A stretch of 64,000 nucleotides of DNA from Minisyncoccota bacterium (GTDB taxonomy: Bacteria > Patescibacteriota > Minisyncoccia > Phycocordibacterales > UBA9973). The translations under genes and the position numbers were made by a program. Shown piece by piece: positions 45,893 to 55,823 of the stretch (the first letter of the stretch is position 1; every line of letters begins with the position of its first letter). The stretch spans positions 479,515 to 543,514 of the forward strand of contig JBAZVG010000001.1 in assembly GCA_041661005.1 (NCBI GenBank), given 5' to 3'. The notes under the pieces were generated by a model. It saw only the letters and a list, made by a program, of their open reading frames with translations. It had not been told where the DNA came from and did not search any database.

Positions 45893-47257
45893 TTAACAAT
45901 CAAGCGTCACACTGCTCCCCTGTTCTGGAGCGTAAGCTTCGATTCCTAAATTGTCTCGCAATTTCTGCACCAGAAACATTGCCGACTTTGGCTCACCCAT
46001 AACCACAAAAACTTTCTTGAGCGTGTCCTCTATATCTTCAACAAAACTCAACAACCCATCAGAATCTTTATGCCCTGAATATCCAGTAATCGTCACAACG
46101 TGCGCTCGAACTATCACATCTTCACCCGTTATGCGCACTGTTTTGACCCCCTCCTGAATCAAGCGCCCAGGGCTACCCACAGCCTGATATCCAGTGAGGA
46201 GCAGTGTATTGTTAGGATCTGGTAAATAATGCCTCTCATGGTGCACCACACGTCCACCAGTAGACATCCCGCTTCCAGCAATAACTATTTTTGGGTTAGG
46301 CACATCGCCAATCATGCGAGATTCTTCTGATTTCAGAGTGCTGTGAAGTCCTGGAAAATCAAATAAATATTTATCATGCGACATTGCTTTTTGGGCATTT
46401 TCATTGAAATAATTTCTGAACTGCTTGAAAATTTCAGTCAGGCGAATAGCGAGCGGAGAATCCAAGAAGATGGGCATTATGGGTATGCGATTGTTTTCAA
46501 CCAGCGCATTAAGCTCAAAGAGAAGCTCTTGAGAACGTTCCAAAGAAAAGGTCGGAATAATAAGTGTCCCACGCCTTTTATAATTATCTTCAATTGTTTC
46601 CTCTAAAAATTTCCTACGATCGTCCCGCGACTCATGATTCCTGTCGCCATAGACAGACTCCATGATTAGATAATCCACATCGGTAATCTTTTCAGTGTCA
46701 GGCAAAAGCATTGAAGGCGAATTGCCTAAATCGCCGGTAAAAAGGATCTTCTTTCCATTGTAAATAAATTGCACCATAGCTGAACCCAATATATGCCCAG
46801 CGTTCAGAAAAGACATTTCCAGATTTGGGGTTATTTTTAACGCTTGATTATATCCAAAATCCTCCCACAACGACAGCGCTGATTTTATATTTTCGGGGGT
46901 ATAGATTTCATCCAAATGCAAATCCGTATTTTTTGATAAAATCCCTGCAGTATCTTCGAGCATCGGAAGAGCCAACGCTCGAGTCGGCTCTGTGGAATAA
47001 ATTTTTCCGTGAAATCCTTCATGAATAAGTTTTGAAACACGCCCTAAATGATCAATATGCGCGTGAGTAATAAAAAGAATATCTATCTCCTTTGAATCAT
47101 AAGGGAAAGGGTCCCAATTTATGTCATCCGCCAGTTTTAATCCTTGAGTGAGACCGCAATCAACCAGAATTTTCTTTCCATCTGCCTCTAAAAGAAAATT
47201 AGCTCCAGTCACTGAGCCAGTTCCTCCACAAAAAGTTATTTTGGCTATATTTTGCAT
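45893..47257 (-). CDS. MBL/beta-CASP RNA-processing nuclease
   Basis: THAHIDHLG, AGHILGS, GDLG, ESVYGDR.H, SGH.D. Confidence 0.93.
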   Translation of the reverse strand: MQNIAKITFCGGTGSVTGANFLLEADGKKILVDCGLTQGLKLADDINWDPFPYDSKEIDILFITHAHIDHLGRVSKLIHEGFHGKIYSTEPTRALALPMLEDTAGILSKNTDLHLDEIYTPENIKSALSLWEDFGYNQALKITPNLEMSFLNAGHILGSAMVQFIYNGKKILFTGDLGNSPSMLLPDTEKITDVDYLIMESVYGDRNHESRDDRRKFLEETIEDNYKRRGTLIIPTFSLERSQELLFELNALVENNRIPIMPIFLDSPLAIRLTEIFKQFRNYFNENAQKAMSHDKYLFDFPGLHSTLKSEESRMIGDVPNPKIVIAGSGMSTGGRVVHHERHYLPDPNNTLLLTGYQAVGSPGRLIQEGVKTVRITGEDVIVRAHVVTITGYSGHKDSDGLLSFVEDIEDTLKKVFVVMGEPKSAMFLVQKLRDNLGIEAYAPEQGSSVTLDC

Positions 47258-47268
47258 TATTTTATTGT

Positions 47269-47307
47269 ACCCGATAGTGAGACTTTTTCAAAGCTCTACT
47301 ACCGGGT
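47269..47307. repeat. ACCCGRTAGTGAGAC...GCTCTACTACCGGGT element (longer copy 57142-57213)
   Basis: Seen directly; supplies the last codons of ORF 47288-47704. Confidence 0.75.
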
Positions 47308-47704
47308 GTACCCTACTTTCCGGAGTAAGCATAATTCTTTTTGAAAAGTATAAAATTGCCAGCACACCTCCAGAAAGATCAAAGAAAATATCTGAAATGA
47401 TATCTAGAAAATCAAGCGGGTTTTGCGCAAGAGCACCATTAACCAAGATTTCAAACACTTCCCATCCAACCCCGATCAATAACACAAATAATAATATTTT
47501 TAAAATTGCATATACGAGATGATCTTTCGAAAAAGGAAAAATATAAAAATAAAGAAGCCCAAGCCAAAATCCACCGAGAAAGTGCATGATCATATCAAAA
47601 TACCAAATAGAAAAGTACCAATAGAATTTATTTGCAATAAAATTCACCAAAAAAATGAAAATGATTAGGAATATCAGACGTTGTATAAGCTTTTTTCTGT
47701 CCAT
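47288..47704 (-). CDS. Membrane protein (VanZ-like)
   Basis: D..MHFLGG, GWE.FE, D..SD...D..GG. Confidence 0.7.
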   Translation of the reverse strand: MDRKKLIQRLIFLIIFIFLVNFIANKFYWYFSIWYFDMIMHFLGGFWLGLLYFYIFPFSKDHLVYAILKILLFVLLIGVGWEVFEILVNGALAQNPLDFLDIISDIFFDLSGGVLAILYFSKRIMLTPESRVHPVVEL

Positions 47705-47771
47705 CAGAGTATTATAGCGCGAAATAAAACTTTTTGATAAGAAAAAATCCGCTACGGTGCGGAGTTCTTCT

Positions 47772-47897
47772 TAGGACTATTTCAGATGTATTACCATAGC
47801 TCAAAGCTAGGTGGGTGTTAGACGTGTGCAACCAAGGCTACACTCGATCGAAACTCCCATAAATTAGTGTTCTAGGTAATAATCGGAAATAACCCTA
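47772..47897 (-). ncRNA. Candidate compact 6S-like RNA
   Basis: Rod fold with central bubble; TTGCTA-16-TATAAT upstream, TCCGC/GCGGA hairpin plus U-run downstream. Confidence 0.6.
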
Positions 47898-47998
47898 CCG
47901 AAATTATACGCCCTCTATAAATTCTAGCAACTAGACGGAAGCATTTTTTTGTTTTCGAATTATTTTGCGAAACTTTTGCATAAATTTCTTTCATAAAT

Positions 47999-48559
47999 TT
48001 ATTTCACACCCAATTTTCTTTGTATTTCATGAAGCATGATATCATATTTACCTCCAACAACATGATCTTCTTTTGAAATACCAATTGTTTCCAAAAACTT
48101 AAATAGTTCGTCTTGAATTTTTTTACGATTTTCTGGGTTTTCATCGGTTGAAATTTTTTCCGCCTCGACAAACTCACCTAAATCTTTTACGTTATCGAGT
48201 ACAATTTCCATATCTCTATACTTGGTTTTGATTCTTTTTTTTTCTACCAGAACAAACTTTTTGTATTTTAGAAGTTTCATAATTTCCATCATTTTTGCAC
48301 CATCTTTTATCTCTAATTCCTTTTCAATACAATCTTGTCGACTGGATTGGGAAATTTTTAAAGTGAAAAGAAAAATTCCATTCTGCTCTCGGATACGCAA
48401 AACTGGTGTGCTAAAAAGCGGAGGGAAGATAGAATCTTCTGGAAGAAAAATGTGATCAATTTGATAGAGTTCTTTCCCAAATTTACAACCTAAATCTTTT
48501 AGTTTTTTTATAACAGCTTTTTTGTCTCGTAGATGCGCTTTTACCTCAACTTCATACAT
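47999..48559 (-). CDS. CYTH / class IV adenylate cyclase family
   Basis: EVEVK, LRIR, KKR, LGEFVEAE. Confidence 0.88.
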   Translation of the reverse strand: MYEVEVKAHLRDKKAVIKKLKDLGCKFGKELYQIDHIFLPEDSIFPPLFSTPVLRIREQNGIFLFTLKISQSSRQDCIEKELEIKDGAKMMEIMKLLKYKKFVLVEKKRIKTKYRDMEIVLDNVKDLGEFVEAEKISTDENPENRKKIQDELFKFLETIGISKEDHVVGGKYDIMLHEIQRKLGVK

Positions 48560-48567
48560 AGATTGTT

Positions 48568-49152
48568 TTATTCATCCACCCCAAAACGTTTGTAGTCGTA
48601 AGTTTTTTTATCGCCAAACCAATGCTTTATTTCATGCTCAGCTTCTTCTGGAGTTTCCGAACAATGAACAATGTTCATCACTGCGCGTTTTTCTTTGTTT
48701 GCCAAAGCCGGAGAATCGATTGAGAAATCTCCCCGAATTGTACCTACTTCGGCTAAGTATGGCATGGTCGGTCCGGCAATCTTGCGAACAACATCAACTG
48801 CATGGACTCCCTGTACCACCATTTTTACCAACGGCGCGGACTCCATGTAATCAATCAACCATTTGCGGATATTCGGACCGATTTTTTCAGGTTCTAGAGT
48901 TCCAAAATCAAGTAACGCATCATAACCATACTTTTCATAGGTGGAAAGAGTCTTTTTGCCAAGTCTAGTAATCCACTCTTCATTTTTTGGGTAATGATTA
49001 TCAATCTGGTCGTGCGATGGCTGGAACATTTCGAGCGCCACAATCTTTAAATCTCGCTGTTCAAAACGCTTGATAATCTCTCCGGTAAGACCCTTACGGA
49101 CTCCGTCCGGCTTCAACATTACATATGTTCTTTCTTCTTTTGGATGTTTCAT
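48568..49152 (-). CDS. ndk: Nucleoside diphosphate kinase
   Basis: LKPDGV, GTIRGDF, NIVHCSE. Confidence 0.95.
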   Translation of the reverse strand: MKHPKEERTYVMLKPDGVRKGLTGEIIKRFEQRDLKIVALEMFQPSHDQIDNHYPKNEEWITRLGKKTLSTYEKYGYDALLDFGTLEPEKIGPNIRKWLIDYMESAPLVKMVVQGVHAVDVVRKIAGPTMPYLAEVGTIRGDFSIDSPALANKEKRAVMNIVHCSETPEEAEHEIKHWFGDKKTYDYKRFGVDE

Positions 49153-49189
49153 ATTTTTTATTCTAGCAGAAAAAAATAATTTTGCAAAA

Positions 49190-49765
49190 CTATTTTTTTA
49201 TCATTCCTTCAAAAGTTATAGAAGAATACGCGCCGGTACTGAAACCATATTTTTTATAAACAGTCCCAGCCGAGCCTATGATGCCATTTTTTGGGTCAAA
49301 ACCGAGTTCGACGGCTGCAGCTTCTGCTTTTTTATGAGAGCTTGATTCAATTTCGAGGTAAGTCGGAATAAACGGCCAAGAATCTATATCGAAAACCACA
49401 TCGTCTTTAATATAGCGTGTCCTTTTATTTTTTTCTTCAGTAGTTACCACGAGCCCCATGGCTTTAAGAAGTTCACAAGTTTTCGCATAATCATTGACAG
49501 AGACTTCAATTTCTTTTGCCCCGATATTCTCCTCACTTCCGTCATCTAATTTTTTCCTTAGGTTCTGCTTGTATGTCAACGTTGTTTCCTTGCCATCAGT
49601 TCGCACTCGGATCCAGCTATGCCTATCATTCATAGCACCATCAGGATAATCAAAAAGTTTTCGGCTATAGTCATAGCTACCCACTTTTTTCGCGCCAATT
49701 GCCAGCAATTTCTTCTCTAATTCCGGCACGTCAACTTCCAAAAATTTTATCTCAAATTCTTCCAT
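49190..49765 (-). CDS. CYTH family protein
   Basis: EFEIKF, WIRVR, LTYK, DIDSWP, YLEIE. Confidence 0.88.
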   Translation of the reverse strand: MEEFEIKFLEVDVPELEKKLLAIGAKKVGSYDYSRKLFDYPDGAMNDRHSWIRVRTDGKETTLTYKQNLRKKLDDGSEENIGAKEIEVSVNDYAKTCELLKAMGLVVTTEEKNKRTRYIKDDVVFDIDSWPFIPTYLEIESSSHKKAEAAAVELGFDPKNGIIGSAGTVYKKYGFSTGAYSSITFEGMIKK

Positions 49766-49889
49766 ACATATTATTTTATCATAACTTTCCTATATTGCTT
49801 GTAATATCATATCCCAGTTCTTTTGTTCGAACCACAGATTTTTTTAAAAAATAAATCCAATGGTCATAGCCCTTACTCTCTTTATATGA

Positions 49890-50525
49890 TTAAAACAGAC
49901 GGATGAGAAGGATGACCGAAGCAACGATTAAAAGAATCCCGAAAACTTTATTGATAACTTGAAGAGATGGAATTTTCATCCGCGCTTTTACAAGAGACAC
50001 GATGATAAGGACCCCAACCCACCAGAGAAATAAACCGCATATGATTCCCCCTGCAATCGAAATCATATACATGACACTTCCGACTTCTCCTCCACCTCCG
50101 AGCCACGCTATGAATCCCAAGATGGCGAGAAAAGTAAGCGGGTTTGTGATAGTAAGCATGAATCCCACACCTAAATCCTTGAGAACCCATTTAACCTCCC
50201 GCTTGATCAACCTTTGCTCATCCTCATCCTTGGTGGTTAAAAAATTCGATCTGGAAAACATAATATTAAGGCCAATGAAAAAAAGGAAAAGAGCGCCCAA
50301 CATGCCCAAACCTCTTTCTTCTTCGGAGATAAAAACAGAGAGAAAAGAAACACCAAAGGAAGCAACGAGACTAAAGACAATGTTGGCCAACATCGAACCA
50401 ACGATGATTGGGATGCTAGATTTCCAATTTTTAGCAATAATTCGATGGATAACAAAAATCGCTACCGCCCCCATCGGCACGCTGATTGCGAGAGCGACTA
50501 TTATTCCTGTCAGAAAAACAGACAT
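49890..50525 (-). CDS. LysE-family translocator
   Basis: SVPMGAV, LTITNP. Confidence 0.85.
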   Translation of the reverse strand: MSVFLTGIIVALAISVPMGAVAIFVIHRIIAKNWKSSIPIIVGSMLANIVFSLVASFGVSFLSVFISEEERGLGMLGALFLFFIGLNIMFSRSNFLTTKDEDEQRLIKREVKWVLKDLGVGFMLTITNPLTFLAILGFIAWLGGGGEVGSVMYMISIAGGIICGLFLWWVGVLIIVSLVKARMKIPSLQVINKVFGILLIVASVILLIRLF

Positions 50526-50552
50526 GGGTTAATGTTAGCAGAAAACAAAATA

Positions 50553-53321
50553 TTACTCCATAGACTTATATCTGCCCATAATTTCAGCCTCCACCTCTCC
50601 CCTATCTCTGCCATATTTGACATAAGAAAGTTCTTTTAAATTATCCACGATGTCCATATTGCCCTTCTCAGCATCCATGGTTCTAAGATTGAAGGGTTTA
50701 ACCGGTTGGCCATTGACCAACATACTTATATAAGCATTGCGGTTATCGAGTTTGGTGATATCTTGGGCAGAAAATGTCGGCTTGAATTTAGACTCGAGAA
50801 ATGTCGCGTCTTCAGTGCCGACACGAAAAACAGCCATGGAACCCACGTTGCCAAAAACGGCATTTTTTATTTTCTCTTCGAGTTGAGTGATGTATTGATG
50901 GGCGATATTGAGCGATAATCTGTATTTTCGAGCCTCAGACAATATGGAGGCGATAGAATCAGTCGTAACATTTTGAAACTCATCGATATAAAGATAGAAA
51001 TCATTCATGGGTTTGCCAAACATATCTACGCGTGAGAGCGCCGCCATTTGGATTTTGCCCACCAAAACGAGACCAATCAAATTCGCATTGATGTCGCCTA
51101 GCCTGCCTTTAGAAAGATTCACCAACAGGATTTTTTTCTCATCCATGATTTTTCGGAAGTTAAAAACGGAATTCTGTTGGAGCACCACCGGACGCATAAT
51201 GTCATTTGAGATAAAGTTGTCGAATTTGGAAGAAATGTATGGAACAAAGTTCGCAAGAGATTGATCTCCCGTTGTTTGTTCGGCTGAAATCCAAAATTGT
51301 TTGATAATCGGATTCTTGCATTTAGCAAGTTTCATATCGCGAAATTCTTTATCTCCTAGCACTCTCGTTATTTCTAAAAGGGTCGAACCTGATTCTGGAT
51401 CTTCCATCACTAGAAACGCGCTATTCCTGAAATATTGTTCAAACATCGCTCCCCCACCCACCTTCATATCAAAAAGTTTGTTGAAAATCCCCATCAATTC
51501 ATTTACTACAAAAGTTTTCTGTTCCGGATATTTTGGATCATATTCCAACATGTTAAGTCCCATAGGACGCGGTGTATATGCCGGATCAAAATAAATCACA
51601 TCATCAATGCGTTCTTTTGGAATTCGAGAAAGAATAGTTTGAATATCGGTGCCGTGCGGATCAATATAACAAACCCCGTCGCCGTTTCTTATGTCCTGTG
51701 CAATCATGTTGAGCATGATGTTTGTCTTGCCCGTTCCCGTCTGACCGATAACATAGAAATGCCTCATCCTGTCTTCACGCGCTAGATGAATTTCAGTATC
51801 TTTGCCCCGATAACTATTTACGCCCAAAACTATACCCTCCTGACCCATTTCCATAGGCGCTCCTGCAATACCGGCCTTTGCTTCCTTTAATTGTGGCTGG
51901 CCTCCAAGACCGACTGGAAAATGAAACACAGAAGCGAGTTCTTTTAAATTCAATGGCATTATTTTGTCATGTGAAAAAGAACGATATGAAAAATCATGGA
52001 AAAGTTGCTTCAAATCACTCCCATGAGCTTTTTCAAAAACAAATGAATTACTAGCAGCTTCGGAGAATTGATTGAAAGAAGATTCTATCTCCTGCAAGAT
52101 CGCCTCCGCGCGCTCTTTTGTCTCTCCAGACGCAATCACACGGATATTCACTTTCATGATGGTGCTCTTTATTTTATTTCCTATCTTTTCGACTGCGCCT
52201 TCATCAACCGCGCGCCTACCTTTCATGTATTTTTCCTTACCATTTTCTTCAGTTTTTTCTTTATGCCCGAATAGAAGATCTTTACCGACTTTGAGAAACG
52301 CTTTGTTGAATTTATAGAAATTATCCGCCGCGTGTTTTATAGACACACCGTCTTTCACATCATCCAATATCATATGAAATTCATTTATAAATTTATCTCC
52401 GGCTGGCGCCACTAGAAGCTGAATCGCCGCTCCTTCACCCTTTGTTTTCAACTTAGAGAAAACATTTAGTATCATGTTCATAGGGTCATGCTCAATATTG
52501 TCATAAGTCTTGATGGGCATCACGCCACGCTCCGCGAGATTCGCATACGCTCCGACTGATCCGCCAGAAGCGTTAAAAATATTATAATCATCCGCAACTT
52601 CGCGGACCTTTGCATGGTGATAAAACGCCAAGATTTGTTTTTCAAAAAGTGAAATATATTTATTCGGTATCCCGGCATAAATAACCACTTCATCGCTCTC
52701 TCCGCTGAGCGCCACCTCAAGTGTAAAATAAATTTCTTTATCATTTTTTTTGTCAGGAGAAATAGATTGCATGCCGGCATAAAATTGTTCCATAGCGCCG
52801 ATAAATTCCTTGAAACCTTTCGACTTGTCGGCTTCATCCGTGGGTGGTGGAAGTGTTATTTCGAAAAGCGTCATGTTGAGAGCTTTATATAAAGGCGTAC
52901 CTTCTTTAAGGTCAAGTACAGCCTGACCTGTCTTCAAATATTGCACTAAGATTCTATGGAAATCATCATCAACGTGCGGATTCCCCATTGCTTCCACAAC
53001 CGAGAGCGCGTTACGAACCCCCTTGGTGATGACAATGCCCAGAAGCTCTTCCATGACACTATCATGAGATTCAGGTCGAAGAGCCAGTACTATACCCTCT
53101 GCTTCTTTTTTGTTTATGATGTGACTGTCGTGTACCACTTGCTCAGCTGGCACATCCTTGTAAGCGCCCACCACGTCATGTACTGCGTTATCTTTCGCAT
53201 TTTCAAAGTGGCCCAGTTTGGTGAGTTCCGCTTCGCGTTTTGAAACATGCGCGCGCAAATAATCAAGCTCTTCCTCTGGAGTTTTAAACTTCGGCATTTC
53301 CTTAAAAAAGGATGGTTCCAT
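50553..53321 (-). CDS. VirD4/TraG/HerA-like P-loop ATPase
   Basis: RHFYVIGQTGTGKT, IDPHG, LYIDEFQN, SEARKY.L....AHQ. Confidence 0.9.
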   Translation of the reverse strand: MEPSFFKEMPKFKTPEEELDYLRAHVSKREAELTKLGHFENAKDNAVHDVVGAYKDVPAEQVVHDSHIINKKEAEGIVLALRPESHDSVMEELLGIVITKGVRNALSVVEAMGNPHVDDDFHRILVQYLKTGQAVLDLKEGTPLYKALNMTLFEITLPPPTDEADKSKGFKEFIGAMEQFYAGMQSISPDKKNDKEIYFTLEVALSGESDEVVIYAGIPNKYISLFEKQILAFYHHAKVREVADDYNIFNASGGSVGAYANLAERGVMPIKTYDNIEHDPMNMILNVFSKLKTKGEGAAIQLLVAPAGDKFINEFHMILDDVKDGVSIKHAADNFYKFNKAFLKVGKDLLFGHKEKTEENGKEKYMKGRRAVDEGAVEKIGNKIKSTIMKVNIRVIASGETKERAEAILQEIESSFNQFSEAASNSFVFEKAHGSDLKQLFHDFSYRSFSHDKIMPLNLKELASVFHFPVGLGGQPQLKEAKAGIAGAPMEMGQEGIVLGVNSYRGKDTEIHLAREDRMRHFYVIGQTGTGKTNIMLNMIAQDIRNGDGVCYIDPHGTDIQTILSRIPKERIDDVIYFDPAYTPRPMGLNMLEYDPKYPEQKTFVVNELMGIFNKLFDMKVGGGAMFEQYFRNSAFLVMEDPESGSTLLEITRVLGDKEFRDMKLAKCKNPIIKQFWISAEQTTGDQSLANFVPYISSKFDNFISNDIMRPVVLQQNSVFNFRKIMDEKKILLVNLSKGRLGDINANLIGLVLVGKIQMAALSRVDMFGKPMNDFYLYIDEFQNVTTDSIASILSEARKYRLSLNIAHQYITQLEEKIKNAVFGNVGSMAVFRVGTEDATFLESKFKPTFSAQDITKLDNRNAYISMLVNGQPVKPFNLRTMDAEKGNMDIVDNLKELSYVKYGRDRGEVEAEIMGRYKSME

Positions 53322-53354
53322 GCCTTAATTATACAACAAACTAAATAAAAGATT

Positions 53355-53466
53355 AACTTCTTAAAATAAAACTTTTTCCGGTACGGATTTTTTGAAGCTT
53401 AAAAAATCCTGAAATTCTCGGCTCGTCAGCCTCGAAACCCCTTCAAAAGTTTCATTTTAAGAAGTT
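53355..53466 (-). repeat. ~110-bp dispersed element, copy 3 (inverted)
   Basis: Same core as 45045-45156, own outer arms AACTTCTTAAAAT/ATTTTAAGAAGTT. Confidence 0.92.
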
Positions 53467-53763
53467 TTATTCAGTCAACTTCGCCTTCAAGTCTTTTATT
53501 TTAGCTTGATCTTCAAGAATTTTTTTAGCTTTATCTATCTGACTCATAGCTTCCAAGCCTTGCTTTTGCATTTCAGCTATTTCTTTTACACCTTTTACTT
53601 CACTCATCAAAGCTTCTTCAAAAAAAGCAAAAGTTAATTTTTCTTGCACTTCTTCCGGAAATTTTTGCAAATTATCAACCAAAAACTTCCGCGCGCCAGC
53701 TTCGTCGTCTTTATTAACATAACCTAAAAATTCGTTATATAAATCTATAAATGTGTCGCTCAT
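53467..53763 (-). CDS. Hypothetical protein
   Basis: 98-aa helical ORF. Confidence 0.65.
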   Translation of the reverse strand: MSDTFIDLYNEFLGYVNKDDEAGARKFLVDNLQKFPEEVQEKLTFAFFEEALMSEVKGVKEIAEMQKQGLEAMSQIDKAKKILEDQAKIKDLKAKLTE

Positions 53764-53765
53764 AG

Positions 53766-54857
53766 TTAATTTAATTTATCTTTTTTACTGTTAATCAATG
53801 TCTCAGTGAGGGTTATCAAAACATTATGCCAAAATCCCTTGCCTGAATTTTTTTTCATATAATACGTGTGCGCGTCATCAATAAACGTCTGTTTTACATG
53901 TTCCCGCTCTGCATCACTTAATCTTTCATAATTTGTGTATCGCTTTTTATTTTCCCATTCTTCTTCAAATTCAGCCTCATCAAAAGCTTCCTTTTTCGCC
54001 TCCTTAAATCCACTTTTGGGTTCTTCTTGAACTTTTTCATTTGTTAGTTCACCGGCCAAAGCATTTCTCATATTGTCATTACCACTGACACTATAAAAAA
54101 GAACAGCTCCAATATCTTGGTGTAAAAGATCTAATTGAGCAATAGAATTCTCGAGTGAATTTTCAGAAGATTGCAAACCCCTAAGAACATCTTCATTGAA
54201 GGTACCTCCCTTTCCCACCATTCCGCGTGAAAGCCAATTCATGGTTTTTCTTAACTCGCTAGGTACCCTGCTTGCCAATTCTCTTAGTTTTTTATCTTTC
54301 TCTATCGGATCTTCTATCGCGAGGACAGCTAGATATTCCTGTGGACTGATATTATTATCTTTACATATCTTTTCAACTTCATCATTAACTGTTTTGTATT
54401 CTCCTTTTTTATAGCTATCCAAAGTCTCCATCGCAGATAAAATACCGTTAAATCTGCTTTCATCGGTAATAGATATTTCTCTCAATTGACCTTGAATCGC
54501 CTTTATAGCTTTTTCAGGACCAAGAAGATTAATTATTTTTTCAAATTCAGGATGATTGCGAGCAAAATCAATTATGTTTTCTTTGGTTAGTAATTTCTCA
54601 ATTTTTTCCGCTTGGATAATTTTTTCTGAAAAAATCAACCTCTTTTCTTCAAGCAGGGCAATGTCGCTTTCTTCAAGTTTTCCTTCAGCAAGTCTCGATG
54701 CAAGTTCTTGATCTCCATCCCTTTCAAGCAATTTACCAAAGAGATGACTTTTGTTTTTATCTTGCAAAACTTGCGCTAAAGTATGTCCCTGTGGAGGCGG
54801 TGTGGCATGCTCTTTTTTTTCTTCTCTACTTTTCCTTAATGAATCTAGGATTCCCAT
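53766..54857 (-). CDS. Hypothetical acidic helical protein
   Basis: 363-aa ORF. Confidence 0.7.
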   Translation of the reverse strand: MGILDSLRKSREEKKEHATPPPQGHTLAQVLQDKNKSHLFGKLLERDGDQELASRLAEGKLEESDIALLEEKRLIFSEKIIQAEKIEKLLTKENIIDFARNHPEFEKIINLLGPEKAIKAIQGQLREISITDESRFNGILSAMETLDSYKKGEYKTVNDEVEKICKDNNISPQEYLAVLAIEDPIEKDKKLRELASRVPSELRKTMNWLSRGMVGKGGTFNEDVLRGLQSSENSLENSIAQLDLLHQDIGAVLFYSVSGNDNMRNALAGELTNEKVQEEPKSGFKEAKKEAFDEAEFEEEWENKKRYTNYERLSDAEREHVKQTFIDDAHTYYMKKNSGKGFWHNVLITLTETLINSKKDKLN

Positions 54858-54906
54858 ATGTTATGTTTGTTATTTATAAGCTATATCTAAATAATAAACT
54901 TTTCTA

Positions 54907-55680
54907 CTATTTAGTCAACACTTCTGCCTCGCCTTCCGTAATCAAAATAGTATGTTCAAAATGAGCGCTTTTTTTACCGTCAGCAGTGCGAAAAGTATAT
55001 CCGTCGTCATCTATAGTGACATTCTTTGTCCCATTGTTTAACATCGGCTCTATAGCCACCACCATGCCCGGAACCAACTTTTCCCCTTTGCCGGCTTTGC
55101 CGAAATTTGGGATGTAAGGATCTTCATGTATTGCACGACCTACGCCATGTCCAGACAAAACTTCCACAATGCCATAGGTATTGCCTTTTTGAGCGCGAAC
55201 AAAACTCTCCACTGCATGGCCAATGTCTCCGACAGTATTGCCATTGAGTGCAGCATCGATCCCCACCTGCAACGCTTTTTCTGTCGTATCCATTAATTTC
55301 TGACTTCCTTTTGTCACTTCACCCACAGGCACGGTAATAGCCATATCGGTAAAAAGCCCCCTGTGTTTTAGACCTAAATCAAGTGAGACAATGTCCCCTT
55401 CTTGCAATATTTTATCTTTGCTTGGTATACCATGCACGACTTCATCGTTAACTGAAATACATAGCGACGCGGGAAATGGGATTTTCGCTCCAGCTGGACG
55501 GTAATTTAAGAATGCTGGATAATCACCCATATCTTTAATTAATTGTTCCGCATATTTATCTAAATCCCAAGTGGAAACCCCCGGTTTTACCATTTCCTTT
55601 ACTTTATACAAAACAGTAGCCAACCGTTTGCCACCCTCTCGCAGTATTTCTATTTCTTCTTTGGTTTTTATTATTATCAT
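54907..55680 (-). CDS. map: Methionine aminopeptidase type I
   Basis: SVNDEVVHGIP, GHGVG...HEDP, AIEPM, SAHFEHT. Confidence 0.97.
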   Translation of the reverse strand: MIIIKTKEEIEILREGGKRLATVLYKVKEMVKPGVSTWDLDKYAEQLIKDMGDYPAFLNYRPAGAKIPFPASLCISVNDEVVHGIPSKDKILQEGDIVSLDLGLKHRGLFTDMAITVPVGEVTKGSQKLMDTTEKALQVGIDAALNGNTVGDIGHAVESFVRAQKGNTYGIVEVLSGHGVGRAIHEDPYIPNFGKAGKGEKLVPGMVVAIEPMLNNGTKNVTIDDDGYTFRTADGKKSAHFEHTILITEGEAEVLTK

Positions 55681-55687
55681 AAAAAAA

Positions 55688-55818
55688 ATTTATAAAATTC
55701 GTTGCAGGCGTATGTTTTATGGAACATTGCGCAGGCTGACAAGCCGAGCATAGCAAATTTTCAGCAGAAAATTATGTCGTGTTCCAGAAAATATATGCCA
55801 AGAAAGAATTTTATAAAT
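55688..55818 (+). repeat. Palindromic element related to 45045-type and recG elements
   Basis: AGGCTGACAAGCCGAG plus AATTTTCAGCAGAAAATT inside long arms with G-T pairs. Confidence 0.8.
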
Positions 55819-55823
55819 CATAT

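Noticed and set aside
47772-47897. SRP (4.5S) RNA
   Set aside because: Lacks the GNRA-capped domain IV with CAGG/AGCA internal loop
50553-53321. Conjugation system or ICE
   Set aside because: Lone VirD4-like ATPase among housekeeping genes; no relaxase or mating-pair genes in the window
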